Shown here one piece after another: positions 13,661 to 25,313 of a stretch of 64,000 bases of DNA. How positions within the stretch are numbered: position 1 is the first letter of the stretch; each line of letters starts with the position of its first letter. The stretch covers positions 86,490,001-86,554,000 of the forward strand of contig NC_043004.1 of assembly GCF_006345805.1 (NCBI RefSeq), read 5' to 3'. The position numbers were made by a program, and so were the translations under genes. The notes beneath the pieces are model-generated. The model saw nothing but the letters and a program-made list of their open reading frames with translations, was not told the DNA's origin and did no database searches. Source of the stretch: Octopus sinensis. Taxonomy: Eukaryota.

Positions 13661-13776
13661 AAATACCGCAATGCATTTTGACCGTCCGATACTTTCTCTC
13701 TCTCTCTCTCCCTCTGGTCATTTATAATTAATCAATCTGTCAAGAGAAAAGACATACATACACATTGTACTGATGT

Positions 13777-13818
<42 letters not shown>

Positions 13819-14074
13819 GTTATTTAAAATCCTCTTTCGTTTCGTGTTTCCTCTACGTTACTCCCTTCCCACTTTTCTTTCTTTGTTAAATGACCTAATG
13901 ATTGGAATTTCCAACTCAGTTTTGACTTCTTTTGATATCTTTTTTCTTTCTTTCTTCCAGGAATGTTTACATCTGAAGAAATAGGATGGTTTGAAAACCA
14001 CCAACAGTACACTGCTGCCAATATGGATTTCTCCGAGCCCATAGGTAAATATTATTGTTGATTACTTTGAAATT

Positions 14075-14468
14075 GTGGCACAAGGCCAACAATTTTGGGG
14101 TTGCGGTAAGCCAATTATATCGGCCCCAGTGTTTCACTAATACTTAATTGAAGTATTAAAAATTACTTAAATTAATTCATTACTTAATTTATCGACTCCC
14201 GAAAAGATGAAAGGCAAAGTCGACCTCGACGGAATTTGAACTCACAACGTAAAGACCGATGAAATACCTATTTCTTTACTACCCACAAGGTGCTAAACAC
14301 AGAGAGAACAAACAAGGACAGACAAACGGATTAAGTCTCTTATATCGACCTAGAAAGGATGAAAGGCAAAGTCGACCTCGGCGGAATTTGAACTCAGAAC
14401 GTATTGGCAGATGAAATACCGCTAAGCATCTCGCCCGGCGTGCTAACGTTTCTGCCATCTCTCCGCCT
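14075..14468 (-). mobile_element. SINE family B multimer
   Basis: Two gatgaaaggcaaagtcgacctcg units. Confidence 0.82.
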
Positions 14469-14723
14469 TAGTTGTTGATTGTTATATTGCTTGTTGTGTG
14501 TGTAGAAGTTAAACAGGAATTAGAATATGTGTGTCAGCGAGGGTAAGAGCGATAGGTGAAAGTGGAGTTTATTGACATGACTAAATGTAAAATTGGAAGT
14601 AAGAATTTACGGGGAAGTCTTAAAATAAAAACTATGTAGTTTGAGATGATAGTAAAAATATCGAGCAAAGAGTGGTTAAATAAAAATCAGGGCTTTAGGA
14701 AACTAAATGGTGTTTCGTCAAAA

Positions 14724-15104
14724 GATCTTTTCGGTTTGAACGGCAGTTTTTAACATAATTTCTAGGTAACTAAAAAATGTTAAACTTCGTATACTGGTAG
14801 AATGTGTTTATAAAACATCTTTTTCTCTTGGCTTTACTGAAAAAATTCTATAGTTTGTAAGATATTTGTTGTTTTTTTCTTCAGTTTCTGAGGTTAAAAA
14901 AACATTCTGTGCCGTATGAATATGTCCCTCGTTTAAGAAACAGATTGAGTTTATTTACATTTGTGAAGAAAAAAAGATACCCTTCCCCCCACCCCGAACC
15001 CTAACCCAGATTGAAATGCAATAGATCGATACTAGGGTCATAATATGGGTGACAATTTCATATGACACCGCTAGAAAAAACTGCTGTTTAAACCGAAAAG
15101 ATCC
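14724..15104. mobile_element. MULE-like MITE
   Basis: TIRs GATCTTTTCGGTTTGAACGGCAGTTTTT / AAAAACTGCTGTTTAAACCGAAAAGATCC, with 9-bp TSD TCGTCAAAA (14715-14723 and 15105-15113). Confidence 0.75.
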
Positions 15105-15315
15105 TCGTCAAAAAAGAATAGTTTAATAAAATTGGTGTGGAGTTATTAAGAAGGCGTTGACGTTTCAGAAAAAATCCCTCTTCGGAAAAAAATAAAGATT
15201 ATTGAGAAAACTATATATGCAAAAACAGACATAAAAAAGCCAGGATTATGATAGGAAGAGATAAAGAAAAAGGAGAGAATGAATATTGTGTGTGAAAAGA
15301 GGGGGGAGGAGTGTG

Positions 15316-15700
15316 GTATGGTTGTGTGGTTAAGAAGTTAGCTTTCCTATCGCTGGTTTTGAGTTCAGTCCCATCGCAGGACACCTTGTGCAAGTGTCTC
15401 CTGCTATAGGCCTGGACTGACCAATACTTTAATAGTTAATCAAGTGGACGGAAACTGTGTAGAAGCCTGTCTTATACATATTTATGTGTGTGTGTGTACG
15501 TACCCTTTGTTGCCACATTCCTTGGCCACCGATGTTGGTTTGTTTACGCACCCATTAATTAGCGGTTCGGCAAAAAAGTCCGATTGTATGAGTATGGGAT
15601 TGTTTAAAAGAATAAGTACGGAGATCGGTCTTTTTTCGACTAAACCTTTCCAGTGAGTTGTCCCAGCATGGCCGCAGTCTAGTCACTGAAACAAGTAAAA
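15316..15700 (+). mobile_element. SINE family A (diverged)
   Basis: Same head, body and tail order. Confidence 0.75.
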
Positions 15701-16179
15701 AAATAAAATGAGAGAGAGAGAGAGAAAAGATAAATGAAATGCTATTAACATTTCTCGTCAAGTGTCTTTTGTCCTTCGACTGCTTTGAAATGAAAGAGTA
15801 TCTTTGTTGCTGCATTTACAAAAGATGCCGAAATCAAGTATCTTTTTTTTTTTCTTTTGTCTTATCTAAAAATACTACTACAAAATTACATAAACAGGAA
15901 GGAAAATAAAAAGTCCATCCTACTAAAAGTAACATGACCTTTTCTTCTTTCTTACAAGTTAAGACAGTAAGCCAATGCACAACGATAGAATAACAAAATA
16001 ATGCTACGTATTATCACTGTTCTGTTGTTTGGTGTAAATTTAATAAACGTCACTCTTTCGTTTATGTAACGATATTCATTTGTGTTGACTTGGTATATTA
16101 TTTACCAGAGGTTCTGCATTGGCACTGACTGAATACGTTACAAATTATTCTTGTTCCTATCTTGATGGGGAAAGGTTTA

Positions 16180-16556
16180 CAGTAATATCTCGACTAACGC
16201 GGGTGTTACGTTCCCCCAAAAAAACCAGCGATAGGTGAAAATCCGCGTAGAAATAGTAGTGTATTTTTTTTCTTTTTTATAATTTGTATATATTTGTTTT
16301 ATTATAAATACAAACCTACACCAGACACTTGCCTCCCAAGTTTCGTTTTCCATACAGTATGTGCGATTCTTTGTTTACTCATCTACGGTACACTACGTAT
16401 TTTCTTTTATTTAATGTGTTATACAGTGCAGTGCTGTACTGTATTTTTATCAACTTTTTTGGTGTGAAAATGCTTATTTTACCACAGAAATAATTAAAAT
16501 GTAAAAAAAATATACCTATCGGCCGCAGAAACCCGCGATATGGCGAGTGATTACTG
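16180..16556. mobile_element. Tc1/mariner (Tigger/pogo-like) MITE
   Basis: TA-CAGTAATATCTCG ... CGAGTGATTACTG-TA. Confidence 0.7.
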
Positions 16557-17379
16557 TAATATTACCTTTCAAAAGAAGTACAGTGGTTGGAAAGGGTTTA
16601 GGGTTTACTCAGCTAAATTTTAATGCGATATTATAGTTTAAAGTTAGGGCTAAGAAACAAATGTAACAATGTAAAGCAGATGTAAATCGTATTTTTTTTT
16701 TTTATCTCGGGTGGGTCATTATGCCAATGAGAAACGCGCGCTGATTCTATCGGCCATTTCAGTAATTGATTGTTTGATTAATCGTTCAGTCAATCAATCA
16801 GTCAGCTAGTCTTGTCAAAGTCCTTTCAACACCATTTTCGACTTCACCGATTACATGCTATTTCTATAGTCCAGGACTGCTGGATGATGAGGCTGTTCTT
16901 GATGAAGTCGCGAATGGTAACAAACTTTGTTGATTGATTGGCCGAACGATTAATCAAAAATATCGATTGGTTAAATGGTTAACCAATTATCAAATAAAGA
17001 AGTGAAATAGAACCAGTGCGTATGTTTATTATTGATATAATGACCTTCCCAAAATACAGCAAGATATGTTTCAACACACGAGTTCACATCAAGAATCTTA
17101 CAAACCAAATATAAAACAAAATGGTAAATGTTAGCGTGTATTTCGCATTCACTTAAATCTCTTGTTTATTTTTCATCAGTTCTACAGCAGTTGGCCATTA
17201 TTTTCTCAATTTTGATCGAGGAGATTATATGTTAATCCTATAGCCGCTCGTTTACTTAGCAACTCTTTCGGTTCTTCTTAGGTAATTACAGTGAACTCTA
17301 TGCTTTACTGATGAGACCAGAAAAGAGTGGAACTTGTCTGAATTTCTTTCCCAAACTAACCCAGAAAAAAGAAAAGACT

Positions 17380-18005
17380 GTACTTTTTGTCTATCTCACC
17401 CCCTTTAAAAAATTGCCATATCTCCCTACTAAAAAATCCAGTTAATGTGACGACAAGAGATTGGATTAAAAGTGGTCTTTTTGATTCAGTACTTCAACTC
17501 ATTGTTGGCGTTTGGCCTCCTTGATAGGCATGGTATGATTTGTTATAAAAAATGTTATCGGGAACATAAATACACCAGCATCAGTTGTCAAGCAATGCTA
17601 GGGGGACAAACACAGTCACACAAACATACACACACATATATACGACGGACTTCTTGGTAGTTTCCGCCTACCAAATCCACTCACAGGCTTTGGTCGGCCC
17701 GAGGTTATAGTAGAAGACAAGATGAACTCGGAACCGTGTGAATAAGTCCCGGGGTCGACTTGCTCCACTAAAGTCGGTGCTCCAGCATGGCCGCAGTCAA
17801 ATGACTGAAACAAGTAAAAGAGAGATTCAAAGCGATGTTTCATCTTTTCGCTTTTTATGTTTATTAATTTTTCTTTTTCTTTTTCTTTTTTTCTTTTGAC
17901 GGTTAAAGAATTTTTTTAGTTAGGGTAACCAAAAGTACCGATATTTCTCGCAAAACGGGGGTGGGGGAATAACCCAGTTTTTAATGGGGGTGAGATAACC
18001 AAAAA
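17380..18005. mobile_element. Long-TIR MITE family (copy 2), interrupted by a SINE
   Basis: Same TIR and interior as 12248; SINE-A insert at 17561-17824. Confidence 0.65.
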
Positions 18006-19749
18006 GAGATTATTACTCATTAACCGATATAGACTATCGGTTTGTTTTTCTTTTTTGAGGGTTTTTTTTTCTTCGCCGCATATTTATTTATAGTTAGCTA
18101 TTTTTAATGATCCCTGCATTAAATAAGCTAACACTGACTTACCCCTCATTCTCTTTTGTTGTCGTTTTTTTTTTATTCCCAACTATTTTCATACGTTCTG
18201 AGTAAATGAAGCATTCCTTTCATAAGTCCTATGTTGTTCTGGTGGTTGAAAAAAAGAAATCAGAGGGAAATGGCTGGCGTCTGTGAGTCATTGATTCTCT
18301 ATGCCCAATAACTGTTTCCTATTTCATCTCAGAGTGAGAAAAATTCTGAAAGTGAAGATTTAGAATATTTCCTCTCTACCCCTCTCTGTCCCTCCTTCCA
18401 TCTCCCTCTTTCATGCCTACCTCTCTCCCTCACCTTTTCCTTCCCTTTCTGAGTTTGAGGGGTCACCTGAAGTGTCAGAGGTCGACTTGAATCTATACAG
18501 AACAGAACAGTAACGGGCTATTATCATACCTACTTGTGATAACATTCAAGTACTTACAGTCTATCTAAGAAAGGCTAAAACTTCATAAATTTCAACGGAA
18601 CTATAAACGCTGAGGTGTCGAAGTCCACCAGTTGCGGTATTTGATACATAAATTTATCACCAGCCAAGTGCTCTCTCTCCGTCAAACAAAACTTCTCTTT
18701 CTATGAATTCAGTTTTGTTTGTTTTTTGCTCTGTGTGTGTGTGTGTGTGTGTGTGTGTACAATATATTAATACAATAGCAGCAGGTGGAGGTGGTCGTTT
18801 TTTTATATTTTTTAATCTCCGTGTCATCTTGATCGCGCATACCTACGATCAAAAGTACTCCAGCTGTGACCTGCTCATGTTTATTTACATGTGTAGTTCA
18901 GATATAGGCGTGGGCATGGCTGTGTGATTAAGAAATTCGCTTTGCAACCACGTGGTTTCGCGTTCGTTCCCACTCCTTGGCATTTTAGGCAAATGTCTTC
19001 TACAGTCCCGGGCCGACCAATGTCTTGTGAGCGAATTTAACGGAAACTGTGAAAGCTCATCGCGTTTGTGTGTGGATGGATGGATAGATAGATATGTATA
19101 CATTTACATATGTCTGTGCGTATGTAATGTATACATAATGCTGTCAATAAATACTATAGGACCCAATGCACTGATTTTCCCTCGGGCTTATAATGATACT
19201 AAGACAGCTGTCTAAGATACTGTTGTTGTTTAGCTCCAGCGCAGCCTTGATCTAGCAGACATGATTAGCACCTTGGACAAGAGTCATCTATTAGAGTCCC
19301 CGGTCGACGGAAACTGTATGGAAACTCATCGTATGTAACGCGTGTGTGTCTTTGTGTTTGTCCCTCTCCGCTGCTTGACAACCAGTGTTGGTTTATTTAT
19401 GTCCCAATTTAGCGTTTAGACAAAACAGCGATAGAATAAGAACCAGACTTCGGAAAATAAGTACTGTGATCGATTTATTCAACTGAACCCTTCAATGCGA
19501 TGTCCCAGCATGGCCGCTGTCCAATGACTAAGACCAGCATTTGGAGACAAAATCTCGTCTTCATAGTATCTATCTCCCACTCCTCGTCCTGATTATTGCA
19601 ACTTCATTGTTGTCTTTTTTTTATTGAATAGAAAGAAGATATCTGATTTAGAGTAGATTTGGCTGTTGCTTCTAGCAAACCGAACCGTACAGATGGTCAC
19701 TGTTACCAGCTTTTTATCCCGGTTAAGATTTTATTTCGCAGTAGCTTAA

Positions 19750-20070
19750 CACATAAAGCGCGACGGGCCACGATGGTGGCCGTTAGGCACGGGTCGACAG
19801 GGCACAATTGTGGCACCAGATAGGTGCATTTAATTTATGGGCGTTTGTTGGGGTCTAATGTCATTCAAACACTCCGATACCCCCTAGAATGCAAGAGGAC
19901 TACGAGTTCAACTAATGACTTTTCAGATGATGTAAAACTTGCCACCATTATATACTAAGAAGATATTTTAACTATTTTTTTAATTTTTTATGTGTGCATG
20001 GTAGTCTCATTTTCATAAAATGTGCTCAGCAGTTCATGCTATGTAAGTACAAATCCTAGCACTTTATGGG
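19750..20070. mobile_element. piggyBac-type MITE
   Basis: TTAA-CACATAAAGCGC ... GCACTTTATGGG-TTAA. Confidence 0.7.
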
Positions 20071-20746
20071 TTAATGACTAAAATATAAAAACAGTTAGTA
20101 AACACTAACTATAAGGACTTTTCTGGTTTGGCAAAAAAGATGACAACTTATCTATTTTTGTTGCCTAAGTTCATATTTGCGTGTGATGTGTGGGGAGTGT
20201 GGTTTAGTTTTGTTCAGCGAGCTTTACTTTCCTCGCTTTTCAACCTGGCTTTATAACCCTTACGTGACGACTGCGGCAAATTGACATGTGAGAAGGTAGA
20301 TCTTGTAGCATGAATGACGTTGGAATATGTTGAATGTATAGAGACGACGGACATCAACTTAGAAGCCAGACTGGCGTAAGACGTCCACCTTTTTTTAAAC
20401 AGGATTTCAGTTGTAGTTTTTACTTGCAGCGCAAATAAGGCAAGATGAAACGATTGGTGCTGGCTAGAGTAAAGACAAATAATAGTCACATATTTGACAT
20501 ATTTCTTCATTCACACTGTCACGTTTTTTTTTTTTTTTTGTTTTTGAACCTTCCCCTTGACACTTTTAGACATGCACGAGCGTTACAAAGACACCCTCGA
20601 TTAGATTTGAACTCCGAATGTAATGAGTCGGAACAAATACCGCAAGGCATTTTCTACCACTCTAAATGATTCTACCAGCTTGCCTCTTTTATAATAACAG
20701 TAGATAATGCTAATTATTATCAAGGCCTGCAATTTTGAGGGGACGA

Positions 20747-21075
20747 GGTTCTCATTCCTAAGGTATGTTGTTGTTATTATTATTATTATTCAGATCACTA
20801 CCTGGAATCTTGGGGTTAATAGCCCGCGCTCTTAAGCACTACGCCCATATTCCCGGGCATATGGCGTAGTGATTAAGAGCACGGGCTACTAACCCCAAGA
20901 TTCCGAGTTCGATTCCAGACAGTGAACTGAATAATATTAATAATAACAACATAGGAATGAGAACCCAGGCTCGAAATTTCCCCAAGACACCTGATAAAGG
21001 CTGGAGGGTATATCAGCCGAAACGTTGTGTTAACAACAAAGAGGAGGACAAATATCCGTCAAATGTGAATGGCAT
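20747..21075 (+). mobile_element. tRNA-headed, hammerhead-bearing repeat with inverted partial copy (Penelope pLTR-like / SINE-like)
   Basis: Palindrome 20747-20965. The right arm has an A-box (TGGCGTAGTG), an anticodon-like arm GGG-CTACTAA-CCC and a B-box GAGTTCGATTCC, followed by (AAT)n and the hammerhead. The 3' part recurs at 62216-62380. Confidence 0.65.
20986..21031 (+). ncRNA. Minimal type-I hammerhead ribozyme motif (G8>A variant)
   Basis: GACAC-CTGATAA-A-GGCTG[gagggtatat]CAGCC-GAAA-CGTT-GTGTT. Helix I is GACAC/GTGTT, helix II is 5 bp, helix III is the palindrome AACGTT, and the cleavage triplet is GUU. Confidence 0.6.
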
Positions 21076-21244
21076 TTGTTTAGACTTGTCACCGTTCAAA
21101 TATTACAAACAAATGATGAACCGTTTAAGAATCACAAGAATGACCGGTCTTGACTATCCTGTTTATATTTCAGTTTCCTCCAACTTATATGTACAAAGTT
21201 CGAAAAACCGCCAACGTTTAAAACCATCTCAAATTCAAGGTAAC

Positions 21245-21632
21245 GGGGTGGCAGGATCGTTAGCACTTCGTACAAAAATATTTAGTATCATTTCTTCCGG
21301 CTCTTTACATTCTGAGTTCAAATTCCGCCACGGTCGACCTTGCCTTTCACCCTTTCGACGTCTATATAATAAAGTACCGGTCAAATACCGAAATCGATCA
21401 GACCAACATAACCCCTTCCCTAAAATTACTGGACTTATGTCATAATTTGCAACTGAAGACGGCCAGCAGAATCGTTGGCGCGTCGGACAAAATGCTTAGC
21501 GACATTTCTTCCGGCTCTTTACGTTCTGAGTTTGAATCCCGTCTAGTTCGACTTTGCCTTTCATTCTTCCACGGTCAATAAAATAAGGTTATCAACGAAC
21601 TCCCCTAACATTGCTGGCTTTGTGCCAAATTG
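21245..21632 (+). mobile_element. SINE family B, two adjacent copies
   Basis: Consensus match. Confidence 0.78.
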
Positions 21633-21949
21633 TTATTGCTCCTTTTTCGTTGCCATTTGTTTCAATTAATTTTGAAAATAAAATTTTTTAAATCGGTAAA
21701 TTACGTAGTTATATTAATTAAGCTGGTATTAGGAACTTAAACTGACATGAAATTTAGATGAAATGTGCATCACGAGGGTTAAATATCCACACCCACCCAA
21801 TTTTTTTCCCTTTGTAAATCCACTCTTCACCCTATGAAAAACTACTACAAACAACAAACCAACTGAACATTCTTGTTATTCGATCTAGTCCAGAGCAAAT
21901 TATTCTCGTGGTCTAAGCTAAATTTTCTTTTCTCTCAAACAATAATAAT

Positions 21950-22500
21950 AATCCTTTCTGCTGGAAGCACAAGACCTCATATTTGGGGGAAGGGATTAAG
22001 TCGATTACATTGACCCCAGTATTTCACTGGTACTTAATTTATCAACTCCGAAAAGATGAAAAGCGAAGTCGACCTCAGCGGAATTTGAACTCAGAACGTA
22101 GCGACTGGCGAAATACCTATTTCTTTACTACCCACAAGGGGCTAAACAAACGGATTGAGTCGATTATATCGACGCCAGTGCGTAACTGGTACTGGAATCG
22201 ACCCCGGAAGGATGAAAGGCAAAGTCGACCTCGGCGGAATTTGAACTCAGAACGTGACGGCAGACGAAATACCGCTAAGCATGCTAACGATTCTGCCAGC
22301 TCGCCGCCTTTAACAACAATACTAATCCTTTCTATAATAGGCACATCGCTTGAAATTTGTGGGGAGGGGACTAGTCTTTTACATCGACGATGGTACTTAA
22401 TTTATCGACTCCGAAACGATGAAAGGCAAAGTCGACTTCGGCGGAATTTTAATTCAGAACTTAAAGACGTTTTTGCCCGGCGTGTTTACTATTCCGCCGG
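21950..22500 (-). mobile_element. SINE family B multimer (3 cores)
   Basis: Three gatgaaa(g)gc.aagtcgac.tc.gcggaattt units. Confidence 0.82.
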
Positions 22501-22979
22501 CTTGCGTCTTAAAAAATAATAATAATATAAACCTTCTCTTTGCTGCCACTCCTCGTTTCTCTCTTCTTTCCTTTCTTTTTCTATTGTGTCCATGACTATC
22601 CTCGCTGCTTTTCCTATTTAAAAAAAAAAAAAAAACCACAATAGCTATGATAAATATTGCTGCTTTCCCAGTTCGTGACCCCGTAACAAATAAAGAACAG
22701 AAACAATGTCAACTATCCATCTCGTTTTTATTTATATCATTACTCGTCCCTCTAGGACTATCACCGCCACCGCACCCCGTCTCGATAATCATAATACTTG
22801 ATTTTTTTTTTTTTTTGTGTGTGTGTAACAGTAGTAGTAGTAGTAAATTTAAAGTTGCAAATTAATCTCTTGTCCGTGACAATAACTTGACTGGGGCGAG
22901 ATCCCATATAGATTGTTTCACTCCTTGTTCAACGGTTCACATCTCTCTCTGCCTGTTTGTTTACACGCAACCGACACCA

Positions 22980-23022
22980 ATGGAATTTAACCGAAGAAGA
23001 GTCTCTAAATTTGCATCACTAT
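22980..23022 (+). CDS. Candidate first coding exon of the TGIF-like gene (MEFNRRRVSKFASL + 1 nt)
   Basis: ATG at 22980, then 14 codons + 1 nt and a GTATGT donor at 23023. Phase 1 matches the 31447 acceptor, giving ...FASLYNCSKRKRTRGNLP. It is preceded by a non-repetitive pyrimidine/CpG-containing tract. No homology support. Confidence 0.35.
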
Positions 23023-23355
23023 GTATGTATTTTTTCCCCCCTTTTTTAAATATTTTAGCTATTATTTTAGATATTTTCTTGACAGCATCGGTGGGGAAAT
23101 CACATTTTTACCTGCTTTTAAACATTCAAATTTGAAACAATTCATTGATGAATATCTGAAAAATCTTTATTTTTTTTAATGGTTCAAACCTTGAGACCAG
23201 TGCGACAATTTATTATATCATATTTATTTTGTTTTTTTTTTAAGTAGGAGAAGTACTTGAGGTTGAACTCATTCATACTGACATTTACATTGCTTATGAA
23301 CTTAAACGATTCGTTATTTTTGATTGGCGTGTATACTTTCGCAGATTCTTAATTA

Positions 23356-23457
23356 CCATATTTTAACGTGTATAAGGAACCCTCAAATTTGGGGGGCTTA
23401 AAATTTGGAAACCTAATTTTGATAGAAAAAGGGTTCCTCATACACGTTAAAATACGG
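23356..23457. mobile_element. Very short Tc1/mariner-type MITE
   Basis: TA-CCATATTTTAACGTGTATAAGGAACCCT / AGGGTTCCTCATACACGTTAAAATACGG-TA. Confidence 0.65.
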
Positions 23458-25091
23458 TATTTACAATTCACTCTCGTCTTAAGGGAATCGGCAGAGTTTT
23501 GGAACAGCTGTGCCTTCGTAGTCCCTTACCTCAGCGGAAAGGCTGGAAAGAAATGTATATAAAAAAAAATAAATAGATTGGGAGTGGGGGTCAGACTCAC
23601 AATTTCAATTTCTGTCGTATGAAACATGAGGATATTACAGAAGAAAACCGCTCTTTTAGCTATTCCAAAATTCCGCCAGAAATGTCCATCTGCTTTAGAA
23701 TGTACCACTAAATATCTTTACTTTCGGAGTGGCCATCCTTGCTTTTCATCCTTCTAGAATCGATAATTGTTCGCAGATAAATTTACAAGAGGTTTCAAAT
23801 AATTATCTGAGCATTGCTCTGCATATATTTAAAAGTTAAAGAAACTATATTAAATACTTCAAACAAACAAAAAAAAGTGAATTCCTGTATTTACCATTAC
23901 AGTTTATTTTGTTTACTATTTCGTTCGCTATTTTATATGTACAAAGATCGAAATTACGGTCTGTCTTAATTATACTCTTTCAAAATATGACATTGTGTTT
24001 CGATTAGAAATTAATATTTACTGTATTTCATAGACCTTTCGTGGCGTAGGAAAGGCATGGTTATATATTAATCTCATCTAACAGAAACTCAGTTAAACGG
24101 ATATTTTAATAACGAATGTGCTAGCGTCTTCACATAAACATTTCGTGCGATATTCGACCGGCTTCGACATGGTCACCACGTGGGTTAATTACTGTTAGAG
24201 GTTAGAAAGCAGTTTAGTGGTTTTCAAAATAAAACTGAAAGTAAATTGATTGAATGGGTTTGTTATTAACCGGCCTTGTCATAAACGTGAACTGACATAT
24301 AACTAAACAGTAAACAACGAATTTCGTTTTTGCCTGACATATATATAGTGGCGAAAATAAAGAATACGCACACCAGGGGTTAGGGTTTTGGGGCATTCCT
24401 TCGATATAGGTCGAAATGGTCGAGACATTTCACTTCGGGTATTTCCGTAGGTTGTGGAGTATAGCTATAATGAAATTATGCCAACAAGGCAATGTTTCAT
24501 GTATGTAAAATTCGCAAATTTCCATGCAGAAAACGGAATCGAACTCATTTACTTCCACGGAAATACCCATAATGAAGTGTTTTGATTTTGTCGAGCTATA
24601 TCGAAAGAATGCCGGTTTTTGTTACGTCGAAAACGGGTGGGGCGTACGTATTCTTTACCTTCGCACTCCCTGGTCTAAATTAAAACAACCTGTGAACATA
24701 AACCGTGGATGCCGTTAGGGATTTCTTTAAAAACCTAACCGAAAGTCACGGCTGTGAATTCTGATAAACAGTATAAAACGTGAATCGACAGGAACAATGC
24801 CATCACTTCCCGTCGGTTCTTTCTGTAAAAGTTTTCGTGAAAGGATTATTGCATTGCTCCCATGTAACAGTGCTGGCTATCATTCGTCGACATACAAGTC
24901 ACTGAATTACCTCTCAATGTTGTTCGTTGCTGGGTATAATAAGTACGTTGGAACGGTGTACCTCAGCTGTTATTTCTGAAGTACTACATGTATAGTACCT
25001 TCTCGTGATATTAGCAGTCACAAAAGGCCACTATGCATTTAGGTGTCTGGATGCGGTATAATGGAGTTGTTTAAAATTAAAACTATTTTAA

Positions 25092-25313
25092 CCCTTTTCT
25101 TACCAACCTGGCTAAAACCGCCTCTGGTTCTGTAGTACAAAATGTCTTATTTTCATAAGTTTTGAGTTAAAATCTTCCACCAAACCTTAGTTGCAATTTT
25201 TGTCCCTAACATTAGCTTAATGATAATTAAGTTATTTAATTAAATTCTTTGTTATATTTTAAATAATTGAAAGAAATACAGAACATCTCAAAATAAATAC
25301 AATAATGAAAAGG
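25092..25313. mobile_element. piggyBac-type MITE
   Basis: TTAA-CCCTTTT ... AAAAGG-TTAA. Confidence 0.6.

Noticed and set aside
14999-15007. Telomere-like CCCTAACCC (GGGTTAGGG also near 24377)
   Set aside because: Only one or two units, inside transposon-derived sequence.
18269-18290. ATGGCTGGCGTCT|GTGAGT as an alternative phase-1 TGIF first exon
   Set aside because: Only four codons with no supporting context; likely chance. It cannot be excluded without RNA data.
20855-20925. tRNA gene
   Set aside because: It has A/B boxes and an anticodon-like arm but no acceptor stem, and it is embedded in a repeat. It is a tRNA-derived head.
20957-22519. 162-aa and 178-aa ORFs
   Set aside because: They run through the hammerhead repeat and SINE-B multimers, with no protein motifs or splice context.
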